A stretch of 35,382 bases of DNA from Sphaeroforma arctica JP610 (GCF_001186125.1 NW_014040427.1:31935-67316), one strand, 5' to 3'; counted from the first letter of the stretch, positions 1 to 13,802 are shown. The notes: generated by a model from the letters alone, not told the origin. Numbers and translations: made by a program.

Positions 1-2609
1 AACGCCTTCATACCTGTGTTATGCAATGTTTGTCAATCTTCGAGAGAGGATAAGTAGGCACATAGTATCTTAGCGGTCATTCTCTGTTGACCCTTACAGC
101 AATACTATTGCGGAGATTATACCACACGCGAACACAAACTCATACATGCAAGTGATTGTGTGAACCAAACGAAAAAGGAGATAACTGTTTATATGCAAGC
201 GTCCATATGAATCAAATCACACACTCGCGTACAAGCATAGCATTTTCCGATAGGTTTGTGCTACTCGCCACATGCTGCATGTCACCAACGTTGACAGCGA
301 CTATGGGCTTGCAATAGATGTTATGGCAAATAGCTCCATTTTGTGAATGTTCAGCCGAGATAAAGTAGTAAGCAATTGAAACGCGAAGTATGTATACTCT
401 ATTCACATGGTTCGACTACTAGAGATGAGAGGGACTATATCAGACAGACATAGCAAAGAAGCTGAAATATGTATAGGCCTATAGGGGCGATGTACGGCAC
501 TTTCTTGAGTTCCCTCTCTTGTGGACTTCTCTGTTCCGCCGAATTCAAGAATTCTTTGTCAGATTTATTTATTTATTTGCACAGCAGGTGTGAGTAAAGT
601 TGGCACAGTGAAGGTGAGTATAATGATAGTAAGTTATCCGCAGCATAAAATCGATTTATTTAGAAGACCGACTTTAAAAACTAAGTTGTGCTTGGATCTA
701 TGATGAGAGCAAGGTGACGGGAACGATTGAACCGAAGACTCCCGAGAGTCGCGGAACATGTGTGACTATCACAACTCACACGCTTGAAGTCTGCTTGGCT
801 CTTCAACTTCTGACCTTCTAAAGTCTGAAGTCGGTCGAAGGTTGAAGATGAATGGCATTTCTACAATTTATTCTTGTGGCCTTCAGATTAAGCCTTGATA
901 TATTAATTTTATATTATTGGTCGTCCCTGTATAATCGGTGAGCCCGGTCAATCGAATTGATGGGCCTTTTAAAATGGCTATTTTCCTCATTGTTGTCCCA
1001 TATTGTATTTGTTGTTTTTTATTGTTTTGTCCTCTAGAAGTAGTAGGTATAGAAAGCCTGCCTATTAAAATAACAACCGTTCCCCAAAGATCTATACAAC
1101 ACTTCGATCGCTAAAATTTTAATGAAAACAATAGTATTTACTCAGGAATGGTAAGATACGGACAGTTGGCATATTTACGTTTTCAATACTTTTGAGACAT
1201 CCCTTATTATATTTATAAAAATTAAAAACTTGAAATGAGTAAGATGAATGTTAAATGTTTATGTATGTATTAAATTATTCACAGGGATTTAGATCTCTAC
1301 GGCCGGTACAAATTCCCGAGCATAAGAGCGAGTGAATACGTTTATGATGTTTTATATGAATAACCTCCCAGTCCCAAACTCTCCCTCGGTATCATATCTT
1401 TAAAAGACACAATCGAACGATATATTTAAAAATAACTTTTATCAGAATAAATCACTCCAAAAAGACAGTCGGAGAATTGTATTATTTAATCTCAGTTTTC
1501 CACATTAGTTCTACTAAACTCAGGCTACTCAGCTGCTATTTTTTTATTTTTTTTATGCCCACACTCACAGGACAGCCACACAGTCACTGGGCTGCAACTG
1601 GTGACAGGCGGGTCGCCGACGTAATATAAAAAAGTGTCCGCGGATGTCAGTTGAAATTATTTATAACCGACCGGAGCAAGAATCGCGAATCTATATGTAA
1701 TAAATATCAGAGTATCTCCCGCCCATAGGCCAAAGTATTCCTCTTTGTAGTTAGATCGCAGACCAACCCGCGCGCCTCGTATACACTGTATATACTATAT
1801 ACATACGGTTCGCCGCCCAAGACTTCCCATTGTACTTGTACTAGAAACATATACGCGATATATATATTAACAGTATCAGAGCTAACACGCACGCGATGGC
1901 AAGATTGCACAGTGGTATAAGTCACCCCAACTGAAACGGTGTATAGCGAGGTACTATCATAGGGACATACAGCCATATACAGTTATTAGGAGGAGCAATA
2001 CTTGCGAAACCCGAACGCAAAACGTCTATCCGCATTGTACAACTCACACCATAGGCAGCCAAGGTTACGAACCGCGTCAGTCTTAATCTCGTTTGATCTA
2101 CAGTTGAGAACGTCGAGCGAAGCATCATTGAAGGTATCTCTGTGCGTTGCCTCCCGTATAAAATACTTAAAAGAATCGTCGCAAGCACATGCACGCGAAC
2201 GGTACGCGAACGAATATGTATGGAACGGGAGTTGTGTTCAACACTTGAAACCCAATTTGCTTCAAAATTTGAATACAGAATTGCGTTGTACTATAGCGGT
2301 TTTCGCTTTTGTATTTTTATTTGGAATTTTGTGTCGAGGATGAAGGTTTACCTCGTGTTGGGCGTAGGCTCGAAAGCAAAATATTAAGAACTAGTACTTA
2401 ATATAATGGAGTTCGAACTGCTTGTTTTCCTAAGAAGCTCTTTAACAATATATACTTCGTGAATTTAGGCAAATTAATGCAGGCGGTAAAATAGCTTCAC
2501 AGCTAAAGACGCTTAAAATACATAAATTTTGGTAAAATCAGCTGCACTCTGCTAGCATGTGTATACATATTGAATATGCATACGAATGANNNNNNNNNNN
2601 NNNNNNNNN

Positions 2610-2830
2610 TATTATATGTATACTTATATATATACACAAATATGTATGTATGTATACATGTATGTATATATTTATATATATGTGTGTGTGTGTTTGTGTG
2701 TATGTGTACGTGCGTGTGTGCGTGCGTGTGCATGTGTGTATGTATATATGTATATTTATGTGTGCGTGCACATGTGCGTGTGTGTGCGTGTGGACTCTGT
2801 GTCTGTGTTTGTGTTTGTGTTTGTGTAAAT
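2610..2830. repeat. (TA)n/(TG)n compound microsatellite, probably in a 5'-UTR intron of the RBMS-like gene
   Basis: Low-complexity TATG/TGTG tract. Similar tracts lie at about 4495-4612 and 6720-6845 inside RBMS introns. Confidence 0.85.
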
Positions 2831-3076
2831 ATGGATGCATATACGTGTTTGTCTATGAAGCTTCGGTTCAATTTGACCTTCAATGCCTTCAATGTCGACG
2901 CCCTCGTGTCAACTTGACACTGTTTTTGTTTTGTGGCGGATGTAAAACAGCACATGATGTCCCGTCGAATCATTCAACCTTTTCCAATCAACTCTACAAT
3001 TCATCGGAATTACAGCAAAGGATTGATTCTTTTTCCGTTTACTTACCTACGCAGTCAGGTAGCAGGACGAGTGTTC

Positions 3077-6000
3077 ATGACGGAAGATATTCCTAAAGCC
3101 GCTACCCCGGTGGCCTCGGCGCCAGACAGGATGGCACCGGTATGTGTTTCTGTATGTGTTATTATGTGTTTTTAATTTTCGTGTCGTGCAAACTAAAACC
3201 ATGATGGTGAAAAAATGTATGCTCATAGGGGATATCAATGTGTATCTGCGTAGTTGTGTGCTGCTTATGGATTGCCTATCGAGATATCATCCGTTTCGAT
3301 AGAATAGGACCTATAACACGTACACATCCAGTGCGTATTTCTCTGTTCGAGTTTCATTGTGCAAAACATGTAGGATTGATTCGTGACAAGAATGTAGCTT
3401 TACGTATGTTAAGATTGTGGGTTATCATCGGCTTGGGATAAGATCACGAGATAGATAGCTGGTTCAAAATGAGAAAATGGTATCAGTCGAAACAAAGTTC
3501 GTGTATTGCGAGCTGGTCAACCTCATGCACGACGCGCTTATTCATATTATTCCATATTCGGGAGCACACTGAGCTGTATTCTTATCGTCTTCCCCTTATT
3601 ATGTGTGTAACTACCACATGTATTTAATCTGACGACTTTCCACTCATCCCCTTTGCAGGCGCAGATCGCAGCAGACACATCCGCCCACGATACAAATAGT
3701 ACAACCACAGCGAATGAGAAGAGTACAAAAGGTATAGCGCACGCACAACTTTAATACCTGGAGCGTGCATTGGCGAGGATCAATCACGAATCTAAAGTGG
3801 TTTAATTAGTAGGACTTCAATGTCAACCTTATTTACTTCTTCTGCGAGGACCTTGTGTTATAAGCACGATCGCATTCTAACGTAAAGATGTGATGTACCG
3901 AACTAATCCGCTCTATATTTAACATTACTGAATTACCATCATCGTCTCTACAGGTAAACCGCAAAGTATTGGAACCCCTTCGATGTCACCCAAACCCCAA
4001 CAACAACAACACCAACAACAAAATCAACGGAGTGGCAAGAACACCCCTAAGTCGCAGAATTCAAATGGTCGATCATCAAACAACAAGAATAAGAAGAACA
4101 GGCAAGAACAAGCACACACACACACCAACCCGCAGCAGGCTAGCACCAGCGGAGCCGCGCAGAATGGGGTGCAGAGTGGGGAGGGGATCAGCAACACGAA
4201 CATGTACATATCTGGGCTGAGTCCGGCGTTTACAGATCAGGATCTGATTCTCATGTGCAGTAAGTACGGCGACATAGTGAGTGCGAAAGCCATACTGGAT
4301 CAACAAACGGGGAAGTGCAGGGGATACGGGTTTGTCATGTTTAGCTTGCACGACTGTGCGCGAGAGGCTGTGGATGAGCTGACCAAGCAAGGGATGCAAT
4401 GCTCGTTTGCGAAGGTGTGTTTTTGGAAGTATAATGAGGGCATGTGTTTGATTTTGCATGGGGTTTTTTATAGAGTAGAGGGGCATGGATGGACGTATGT
4501 ATGTATTCATGTCTATGTATGTATGCGTACATATATGTATGTATATGTATATATATGTGTGTGTGTGTATGTATATATGTACATGTATATAATGTGTGTG
4601 TGTGCGTGTGTATGTTCCAAGTTTCGCGTCATAGTACATAGACAGCAAAACAACGGCCAAGAATTTCATATAACATACCGCATAGTATGTCTTTAAATCA
4701 CCTCCGCCCCTTTCCCATCTCCACACACACACCACCCAGGAAACATCGGCACGTACAAGCTCCCGCAACGTATCCGATGCACACTACGACGACACCAACC
4801 TGTACATGGCTAACATACCCCGCACGTGGATGGAGGAAGACTTATTGCAGATGTTAATGCCCTGGGGTACCGTTATCTCTACCCGTGTGCTTCGAGATAG
4901 CGGCGGCCTGAGTCGGGGGGTGGGGTTCTGTCGCATGGAGACACGGGACCAATGCGAGAATATCATCAATAACTTCAACCATATGATCATGCCGGGGTGC
5001 ATCCAGCCTCTGCAGGTATGCGTGTGTGTGCTGGAGGGGTGTGTTTATTCGTGGGCATGTATGCTGCTGATGGATATACACATTGTGCGACGTTCGCAAG
5101 CGCATTTGTTAATTCATTTATTCATTGTGTGTGTATGTGTTCTATATATTCTAAATATTAAAACGTGTAAAATACAAAATTAACAACACAAACGTGGCTG
5201 CCATGCTCCGCCATGGAGTGTGCATAAATTTTTGTTTTTGACAAAGTACAGTCTCGCTGAATATTACGGTCTCGTGATATGTGAGAATACATTTCTGCTA
5301 TAAACATGTTCTGGTTTCATAGTTCTAGTCTGTGTGCATGTACAGTACATATCACCATGCTCCAACTCGGCCTTTCCGTACATCAATCAACCTTACAGAT
5401 CAGGTACGCAGACTCCACGACTGGAAAGAAGGGCGGGGGAGTGAGGTATGGCTCCTGGGACGGGCAAATGATGGGGACACAGAGTGTGGGGGTTGCTGGA
5501 GGCAGGGGCAATCGGAAAGGAAGCTTGGGCAAGAATAGGGGGTCTATAAATGGGGTTGGGTGGAATATGCCAATGCGAATGGTGGATGCTAACGGGTAAG
5601 TCTTCGTGTCAAAAGTAAACCCGGGGTTGCGTTGGATGTGGTCGTGAATTTTCAGTTTGTTGTGTTTGTAAGTGCGGAGATCCAGGCAACGTATTTCGCG
5701 GTGTGTGATAAAGACGTACACGCGGTATGGAAGAGAGATGTCACAAACACAAAATCTGCTCGTTGTGCGTGTCATTGCTTACAACGTTGCTAGCGTTCGA
5801 CTTATTCGTTTCTCATAACACTTCACAGAATGCTAATCATGCCCCAGATGATGGATCAAAACGGTGTATCGGTCCCTGTGCCTGGTACTGGAGCGAGCGC
5901 GTACTATGCACCACATGTACAGCACAGGGGATCCTTACCGAACGTTATGAATGGCCCAGGCGGTCCTATGCCCTTGTATGGAGGTGCAGGGGTCAATACG

Positions 6001-7232
6001 GGGGGTGCGGGGGGTGTTAATATGGGCCAACCGCAGAGGTACATGCAGACGCCAATGAGTGGAGTCATGGGCATGACTCAACAGCAGCAGCAACAACCAG
6101 GCCAAAATCAACAGGCCCAGGCACAACAACACCTACACACAACACAGGCGAGCGGTGTACACACACCTCCAAACACGCCTGGAGAGGGCTGCACGACCAG
6201 CCCTACCCATACGGGTCAACTCGTGGACCCCAGCGACAGCTTAGGTGGGATGGGTGCCAATGCTGCTGGGCAATCGGCTTACAGCGCGGGGGACGATGGA
6301 GACGCTATCCACCAGATGCAACAGCAGTTTCAGCAAATGAACTTTGGCATGGTATGAGGGTGTGTGTGTGTGTTGGTGCTTGTCATGATATGTGAGCGTG
6401 TGCCCGTTCCATGGTTGTGCGTGCAATGTTTTGGTCTGCTTGTGTGTGTGGGTGGGCTGGACTTCGCTATCGACACTTCTATATAGACTAAAGCGGCAGG
6501 TGAAGACTGCTGGTTCATTATTGAATTGTTGTGCTAGTGAGCTCCCTCGTGGTTTGTTGAATCATGTGTCCTACAAGTGTAGTATCGCCGTTAAATCAAA
6601 TATCTACCGGGTTCATCACCAAATGTCAACCAAAGACCTTGTATTATCTATATAGCAGTGTGTACATCTGTAAGCACTGTATATGCAGATGTAGGCGGAT
6701 GTGATTGCATCCATATATGGATAGTATATATATTTGTATACCTAAATATATGTATGTATACGTATATAATGCTATATATATATATATATATATATTGATG
6801 TACATGTATTTATGCATACTTACGTGCGTACGTATATATATATTCGTATTCGTATTCGGATATAAACCACATATTAAATATCATATCACACGGTAAATAT
6901 ATGTTCATATCCTACGACTGCTGAATGCGACTCCCATTGCCATTCCGCAGATGATGCCACAGCACGCCATGGGGATGTACAATGCATACGGGCAGCCCAT
7001 GTGCATGGTGCCACAGGGCCAACACCATCAAATGCCTGACGGGTGCCGTTTGCAACAACCCGGACAATGGATGGGTGGACCGCACCCGGGGCAACCAGAC
7101 CAGCTAAACATGGGCCTGACTATGGGTGTGGCCGACGAGACATCTGGGCTAGACCCAGCCGATGGGACTACGCACAGTAATCCAGATGCAGTGGACGAGA
7201 GGGGTTCATCCCCTCTGCCGAATGCACAGTGA
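3077..7232 (+). CDS. RBMS: RBMS/MSSP (Shep/SUP-26-like) two-RRM RNA-binding protein, 7 coding exons, about 624 aa
   Basis: Exons 3077-3139, 3659-3731, 3954-4414, 4740-5015, 5399-5595, 5829-6351, 6951-7232. All introns are GT..AG with phases 0,1,0,0,2,0, joining into one 1875-nt frame ending TGA. RRM1 (NMYISGL...DQDLILMCSKYGDIVSAKAILDQQTGKCRGYGFVMF) and RRM2 (TNLYMANIP...GTVISTRVLRDSGGLSRGVGFCRMET...PLQIRYAD) match the MSSP/RBMS pattern. The start codon and first two small exons are less certain than the RRM exons. Confidence 0.9.
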
Positions 7233-7487
7233 TTGGTACACATGATCTGTGCAGAGGTGCCACACAGCCCGTGATGTGCAAGGCCATGCCTGTGGAGTTA
7301 TTGGAGCCAGGGTACGTACGAATATCTATGTTCGCAGTAAGGAACCCGAGATGGCGGCAATGAGCAAAGCGATGGAACTGAAATTATCGGCTGTAAAGTG
7401 TGAATTGTATTCCGCACTCTGTATGTCCATTCAGTATTGAAGGGGTAAACCCCGGGAATCGACAGAGACAGTGGCGTTTCCTTTTGA

Positions 7488-7493
7488 AATAAA
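7488..7493 (+). promoter_or_regulatory. Candidate polyadenylation signal for the RBMS-like gene
   Basis: AATAAA about 255 nt after the TGA at 7232. Confidence 0.35.
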
Positions 7494-9920
7494 GAATTTA
7501 AGAACCACCCGATACGCGATATGTCTTGATAAGCATTGCAATTATATCTGTGGCATGTGCTGCGTTCATAACAGGAGTTAATTGAACGAAAAATGTGATT
7601 TTAAGAAAAAGAGTTAGGATATGCGGGAGAGCGCTGTAAGAAGAACCGCACCGCGTTTCGCTTGATGAGGGATGCATCAGCTATTCGAGTCTCATATGCA
7701 AAGCCGAAAGAAAATGAGTAACTATAGATCCTGTACTAGGCATTCTCACTCAACTTACCAGTTGAAATACTATTTAAGTAATCCACGCTGATCTTTCTCT
7801 GAATGAAACTCTGCATTGCATCCAGTTATACATTCGCAAATTTGTGCTGCGGTAAATACCCATTCTGGATGCGTTAAGGAGAGTGTGGTTTTTCATAACT
7901 GCAGCGACCTCCCATTGTGTATGCGGATTGATGCTCAAGTGTATTGTGACTAAGATTGAAGCGTGACTTGCAGCCATACTGACAAAACCAGCAATACATA
8001 CCTTACATGCCGCATCCTACGCTTTGCAAACGGGACATGGTGCCTGATCTGTGCCTAACACTCGTACACATTCAGCCATTGTTATAGCGGGATAATGAAG
8101 AGATTGTGCTGTTGCGTACAACGTGACACCGATAGGACAGATACTGCAGTATGTAGTCTCTGTAGTAGTCCGAGTCTTCTCATCATACCATGTGTGCGTG
8201 TTTGTTTGTCGAGTACTGCTTCGAATGAAGGCGCAACGTCCCTTTACAGTTTCCCGCCGCACTGTATTTAACTCGAAATTGGGAGTGAGAAAAAATGCCC
8301 AAATTCGTATCTGTCATCTGTTGCTGTATCCTGTGCATCTAACATCAATACGTTTACATTCAAACGTGTGTATCTTCAACGTTTATATCGGTTCGGCCCT
8401 ATGGTAGTATCTATGGGTGCATGTTCGGAGCCCTGAAGTTCAAATATTTGTCAATTCCCCTCTAAAGTGTCTATTTGTTTCGTGCGATAGACCAAATACT
8501 TTTCAATCTTTGACCCGTTTAAACGTTTTTCGAACAGATCAAGCGTTCATGTTCAACTTTTGTATTAGCCCCGTTTAACGGATTGAGGATAGCTCCGCAT
8601 CTTTTTTTTATCTTCATCTGTGAAATTCCCGCCGAGTTGTTTTTTTACTCTCTCTTGTTTATTCTTTTTTTATGAGATTATGAGAATGTGAGGTGAGAGG
8701 TCATTGAGATTTTTTAATCAGTTCTTTCATGTCTCTTTCGGAGGCTATGTCCCAAGGTATGCATGTAAATACGAGTTACGACTATGTACTCGTGCGGAGA
8801 CCAGGCTGGTGTTTTAAATGTTCAATGAGTACAACATCTGGCAGTGAGAAGGAATGTATTTGTGCTCAATATATATATATATATATATATANNNNNNNNN
8901 NNNNNNNNNNNTGGAATTTACAAGATAGAGTAGGATTATTGTTTTTCCTGGTGCATCAAAAGACGAGGTCTATTCAGTGTTTTACATGGTTTGCACCCGC
9001 GTAGAAGTTTTAACTCGATGTCAGGAAAGATGTAAGAATATTTGTAACGTACTACGCTGCCGCTAGATAGCCGAAGAATCTCATTTCAAAGTAAACCGTT
9101 GCGCTAATCGTTTTGTAGAGTACGTCCATCAATCTAAGCAGAGGATCTTCTGTCGAGACACAACGCCGCTGGATTTCAAATCATAACATTTTTTCCATAC
9201 ATAACCATAAATTAACTGTGCGTGATCGGCTGGTCGCCATATACCGACTCAAAGTTATATTGATCTCAACAGAGATGATGATGGCCACGGACGACTTTTC
9301 TCCAGTGCTGATCATCATATGTAAAATCAGAGCCAGGAACCCAACAAATTCTATAGCCTCCTAAAAACAAACACAAATTCTGTTCTTTTTTTAGGAGGCT
9401 ATGCAAATTCGGACTGGAAAACCCCTACCCAATTCTATTTTTGGCGAGGGTTGTTGGGTATGTAAAAATTAAAAATGTAAGTACACATAGCCTTCTAAAT
9501 TGAAACAAAATACAAAATGTATGTATGTAAAAAACTAATTCGAAAAGCTGAGCACTTCCCATGAAATTAATTCTACTCTCGCTAAAGTGTACAACTGGCC
9601 GACTCAAAGTGCCTAATGCCTAATGCCTACCAGTAGCCGCCATATCACTATACAATTCCTGAGTAATCAGTTGCTGCTTTTTTATAAAGCACTCGACTAC
9701 TAAATACGCCATTTCACCACCCCTATAATAAATACAAAATTATATATATACAGCTATATCCTCACAGTCGTAGCTATTCTGCAGTGTCGTAGACAGAGCT
9801 TTCGCTAACCGCTAGAGCGCTATTATATCTCTTTGAAGGTTGTATAGATTATCTTTCTGGTAATTGTCAGGTCTATACAAAACACAAACGCAGACAATAA
9901 CAAAGGTATATCGGTCAAAA

Positions 9921-12900
9921 ATGGAGGACCGGATCAAGCAGGAACTTCGCGGGAAGGCACCGTCTGAGGTTTGTTCAGTGTGTACTATCCAACGATCAAG
10001 TCCCAGTTATCATGAGCGATTATAATTGCTCTTCGTTCTAACTAAACGTGTACGTGTGTTAAGTCTATCATGAATTTACCGCCTGAATGTATAGTTGTTG
10101 CAGTGGATCATACCGTATTACAATTCCAATACTCCAGTTGTGCGCATTCGTTGTAATACCACCCGGTATATTGTAATCTGGCACCAATTCGTGAGTTATC
10201 AAATCAGAGGGGTAGAGAGTATAAGCCTGGCAACGAACACTTGTTGGGCCTAGCTTGGCACTTGCGTTAATTGAACTATTCATTTGCTGTCTTTAGTATA
10301 CTCTCCTATATTCGTTTCTCCATGAGATGGTCCAGTATCAAGTTTGTTGCGTGAGCTTCTCTACTTGGAGAGTTATCCTTTGATCGCTTCCCTATGAGTA
10401 TCCTTACTTTGAAGGTTGTTATTTGTGAGCTTCCCCACGAAGTGGACAGGTATCAAGTCAAATGCATCCAGTCAGTACAACTGTTGAATATCATTTTTAG
10501 GTCTGTTAAATCAAGTTTTTTGAGTATCAAATCTTAGGTGAGCACCCTTGCTAAGGCTTCTGCACATGCCGCAGTTTCAACGTTGTTTCAGTGCCGTATG
10601 TTTTAACAAGCTTATGCTGGAGCTTCGGCTGTCGGTGCCTATACATAGGTTTGTTGTTTCTTTCTCTGGATTAACTGTAAGTGTACCGTTTTACTTTGAT
10701 ATTCAGATCACAGAGCTAAATTTGGACGGCGTCCGAAGTAACGCGGTCTCGGGCTTGACGGATAAATTCTCGTCACTTAAATCACTGTCCTTAAATAGTT
10801 GCTACCTGACAAGTCTTGATGCGCTCCCTCATTTACCAGAACTTACGAAGGTGTGTACTTTTGTGAGTTTCATGGTTTTAACAAATTTGGTAATATTCTA
10901 AAGATCGAGGGATTATGCTTGTATCTATACCCCTCCGTTGCCATCAGCAGATGTACAGTTCATGAGCTTAAACGTGTTCGAATAAGCTACTTCATCCATC
11001 AAGCTTCACTTGTATGTTGATCGGTGTGCACAAAGCATATGCAGATATATACCCATATATGCAATACTGTGTGTGACAGCATGTGTGTGTGTGTGTGTGC
11101 GGTTGTGTGTAGAAGGGCATGTGCATCTATATTACTGGAATTGATGTATATGTATATATATATCGATCAAGAGGTTGAAGTAGACACATTTGTGAGGTTT
11201 GCTTTAGCGTGGGATGGGAATTCCCAGTAACGACTACGCTGTGTGTTTGCTATCAATGATCCCTATTCACACAAACCGTACCCAATACAATTGCATGATA
11301 TAAACACAGCTCATACTCAGCGACAACCGGATATCTGGAGGCTTGGATGTGTTGGTAACAAATTGCCCGAAACTTGCGCGCTTACAACTCAGTGGGAACA
11401 GGATAAAGTCGATCGAGTCACTATTAGCATTGGTAAGAAAGTTTGATGCTGGGTGCGTTGAGCAATGTGTTTGCAGTGGAGTACTGATTCCTGTGGTATC
11501 TCCGAAGGCATATATTGTAGTTTGCATCTATGTTGCTGATTTCAATACTACAAACGAGTCGATACCATGCGTATTTGTGATTACATTGTATCGAAAGATA
11601 GACATCTTAGAATTAAGCATTGTAACAAAATGCCGAAATCACTTATATGCATGCATAAAGGTATTTGAATATCATATTATTTATTACTAGCGTGGCTGGT
11701 GCCTCTGCTCAGGACCTCATGATCGTTGGGCAAAATCAGATCTAACAGGCACGTTGTTTATCTTCCTTGCTGTTCTTGTTATGCAGAAGGAACACCCGAG
11801 CTTAAAAAGTCTGGACTTAGAAGGGAACGCCCTTGCGAATGAGGATGACTACAAAATTACTGTTTTCGGCTACTTACCGAATCTGGAATCATTAGACGGC
11901 TATGACGCGTAAGTTTGACGTGTTGGTAATATAGCGAGTGCGGGGATATGAGTCTAGATCAGGCAAGCGTATTGATAACGTATACTAGTAGTACTCTATT
12001 TACTGAAGGTTTGCGTTTTTACCATACATCCCTCGTATCGGGTGGTTGTTCTATATGTGTGTATCGTGCGAATTACATATGCGAAAGCTACATTGTAGCT
12101 CTCTTTTGCTGTATCCGCTTTATTTGTGGCTTTTTCTTCGTAGATTAATGGTAGAATATATATACGCTATTCAATGATTTGTCCATCTCAGGCAAGATAA
12201 TGAGTGTGAAAATGATAGCGACGATGACGATGAAGGGGACGAGAACGATGAAGAAGAGGGCGGTGATGACGATGAAGATGATATCGAAGGTGATAACGAC
12301 GACGACGACGACGAGAACGCCCAATACGATGAGAACGATGATGAAGACAATGAGGGGTATGCTTCAGTTTGTTTGTTTTTTGGGGGGGGCGGGTTATGGT
12401 CATTGTTTCCGGAGATTCTGGTCTCCTTCCCACGCATGTGTACTGTTCCTCGTGAACTCTGCAGATGCGAGTGTGTCTATAATTTCCTACATATCAATTC
12501 ATGGAGCTCGATGCTACCGACATGTATCTACACATTTAGATTCCACCTTGCCAATGTATATACTTGCAGAAGTATGAATACAACCTACACAAAAGTATTG
12601 AGTAGTTCGTGCAGCAAACCTAATTGTTTTTATACGCGTTTGCGGAACATGGCACGGTGCATAGTGTGAAACATAACATTTGGAATCTCAATTGAGGAGC
12701 CGTGAGATCCCACCAGTGTTACAAGTAAGCCTCCACTAACCAGTTAGGATGTCTATGCATAATTTTATGGCTATTGGTATTATACTGTCATGTTCAGTAC
12801 TTTGCTTCCTCCTTATTTCTGAATTACAGTGATGATCAAAGGCAAGCAACTGGTGAAAGGCCGGACGACAACGATGAAGATGATGAAGATGACGAGGATG

Positions 12901-13802
12901 AAGATGATGACGATGATGGAGACGAGGACGAAGGAGCACCCAAACCCAGTACTGAAGAAGGTATGTCAATTGAGTGTCGTTACGTATGATCTTGTAGGTT
13001 TAAAGTGTACTTTAGTGTGCGTATCAGCTTCAACACTAAAGTACCAAACAAGTGAACTCGTCTAGCACGACTTCAATGTACCGTTTGCAATATATAGTTC
13101 GGGGTTTTAGACTCATCCAACGCGGATTTTGGTGAAGACGCTTCTGCTTCCAGCGTTACCTCCTTCTGCTTGTATATCCTCACTGCTCGATACCAACTTC
13201 TGAACCCTCCAATGATCTTTTTGTGTATCCTTATTGGCTGACTCGGTGTTCGTTGTCATTTTGACAACAGTTCCCGAAGGCAGTGGCGATGATAATGACG
13301 ACGACGATGGTGAGGATGACAATGACGACGAAAACGAGTATGTGTGACGAGATGTTCAGGATGTCGGCTACTTTTCTTAGATGTGCTGCCATGCATTCCC
13401 GATTCAAAATGAATAAGACCCGTGCTATATGGAAACTAAATTGAAAGTTGGATCTTTTGCAGTATTCCACTCGTCTGGTACACTGATCGATTAGCGACAG
13501 TATATCACGCCTGATGGTGAGGAGAGCTTGCAGTTCTTGACTGTAATAGTTTTTTTGAAATTGGTACTGCTCTGGATTCTGTTTCTCAGCCTTTTCCTAT
13601 ATATTTCAGGGGTGACGATGATGATGATGATGTTAACGACGATGATGTTAACGATGATGATGATGTTAACGATGATGATGATGTTAACGATGATGATGAT
13701 GATGTTAACGATGATGATGATGATGTTAACGATGATGATGATGATGATGCCAGGGCAGATGATGATGACGGTCCTGATCCTAAGCGTCCTAGGCTGGATT
13801 AG
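9921..13802 (+). CDS. ANP32: ANP32-family acidic leucine-rich nuclear phosphoprotein (histone chaperone/INHAT-type), 8 coding exons, about 330 aa
   Basis: Exons 9921-9968 ([16 protein letters not shown]), 10707-10850 (ITELNLDG...LPELTK), 11310-11432 ([33 protein letters not shown]...), 11787-11908 (LKSLDLEGN...[19 protein letters not shown], LRRcap), 12192-12356, 12830-12960, 13271-13337, 13610-13802. GT..AG introns with phases 0,0,0,2,2,1,2 give 993 nt ending in a D/E tail and the NLS-like PKRPRLD*. Confidence 0.93.
13614..13748 (+). repeat. Coding (GAT)n-GTTAAC tandem repeat in the last ANP32 exon
   Basis: Six GTTAAC units separated by GAT runs; encodes (VN-Dn)x6. Confidence 0.9.

Noticed and set aside
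585..613. Possible micro-exon (TTGCACAG | ... AAG | GTGAGT)
   Set aside because: Good splice-like signals but no partner exons identifiable in the window
2503..3096. Several 80-156 aa ORFs rich in H/T/C/V/Y
   Set aside because: Translations of (TG)n/(TA)n microsatellite, some spanning an N gap
7656..7709. Hairpin containing ATGA downstream of a TGA-ending gene (SECIS or hammerhead candidate)
   Set aside because: No GA quartet partner or apical AA in SECIS geometry, the core is TTGATGA rather than CTGANGA, and read-through of the TGA meets another stop after 13 codons
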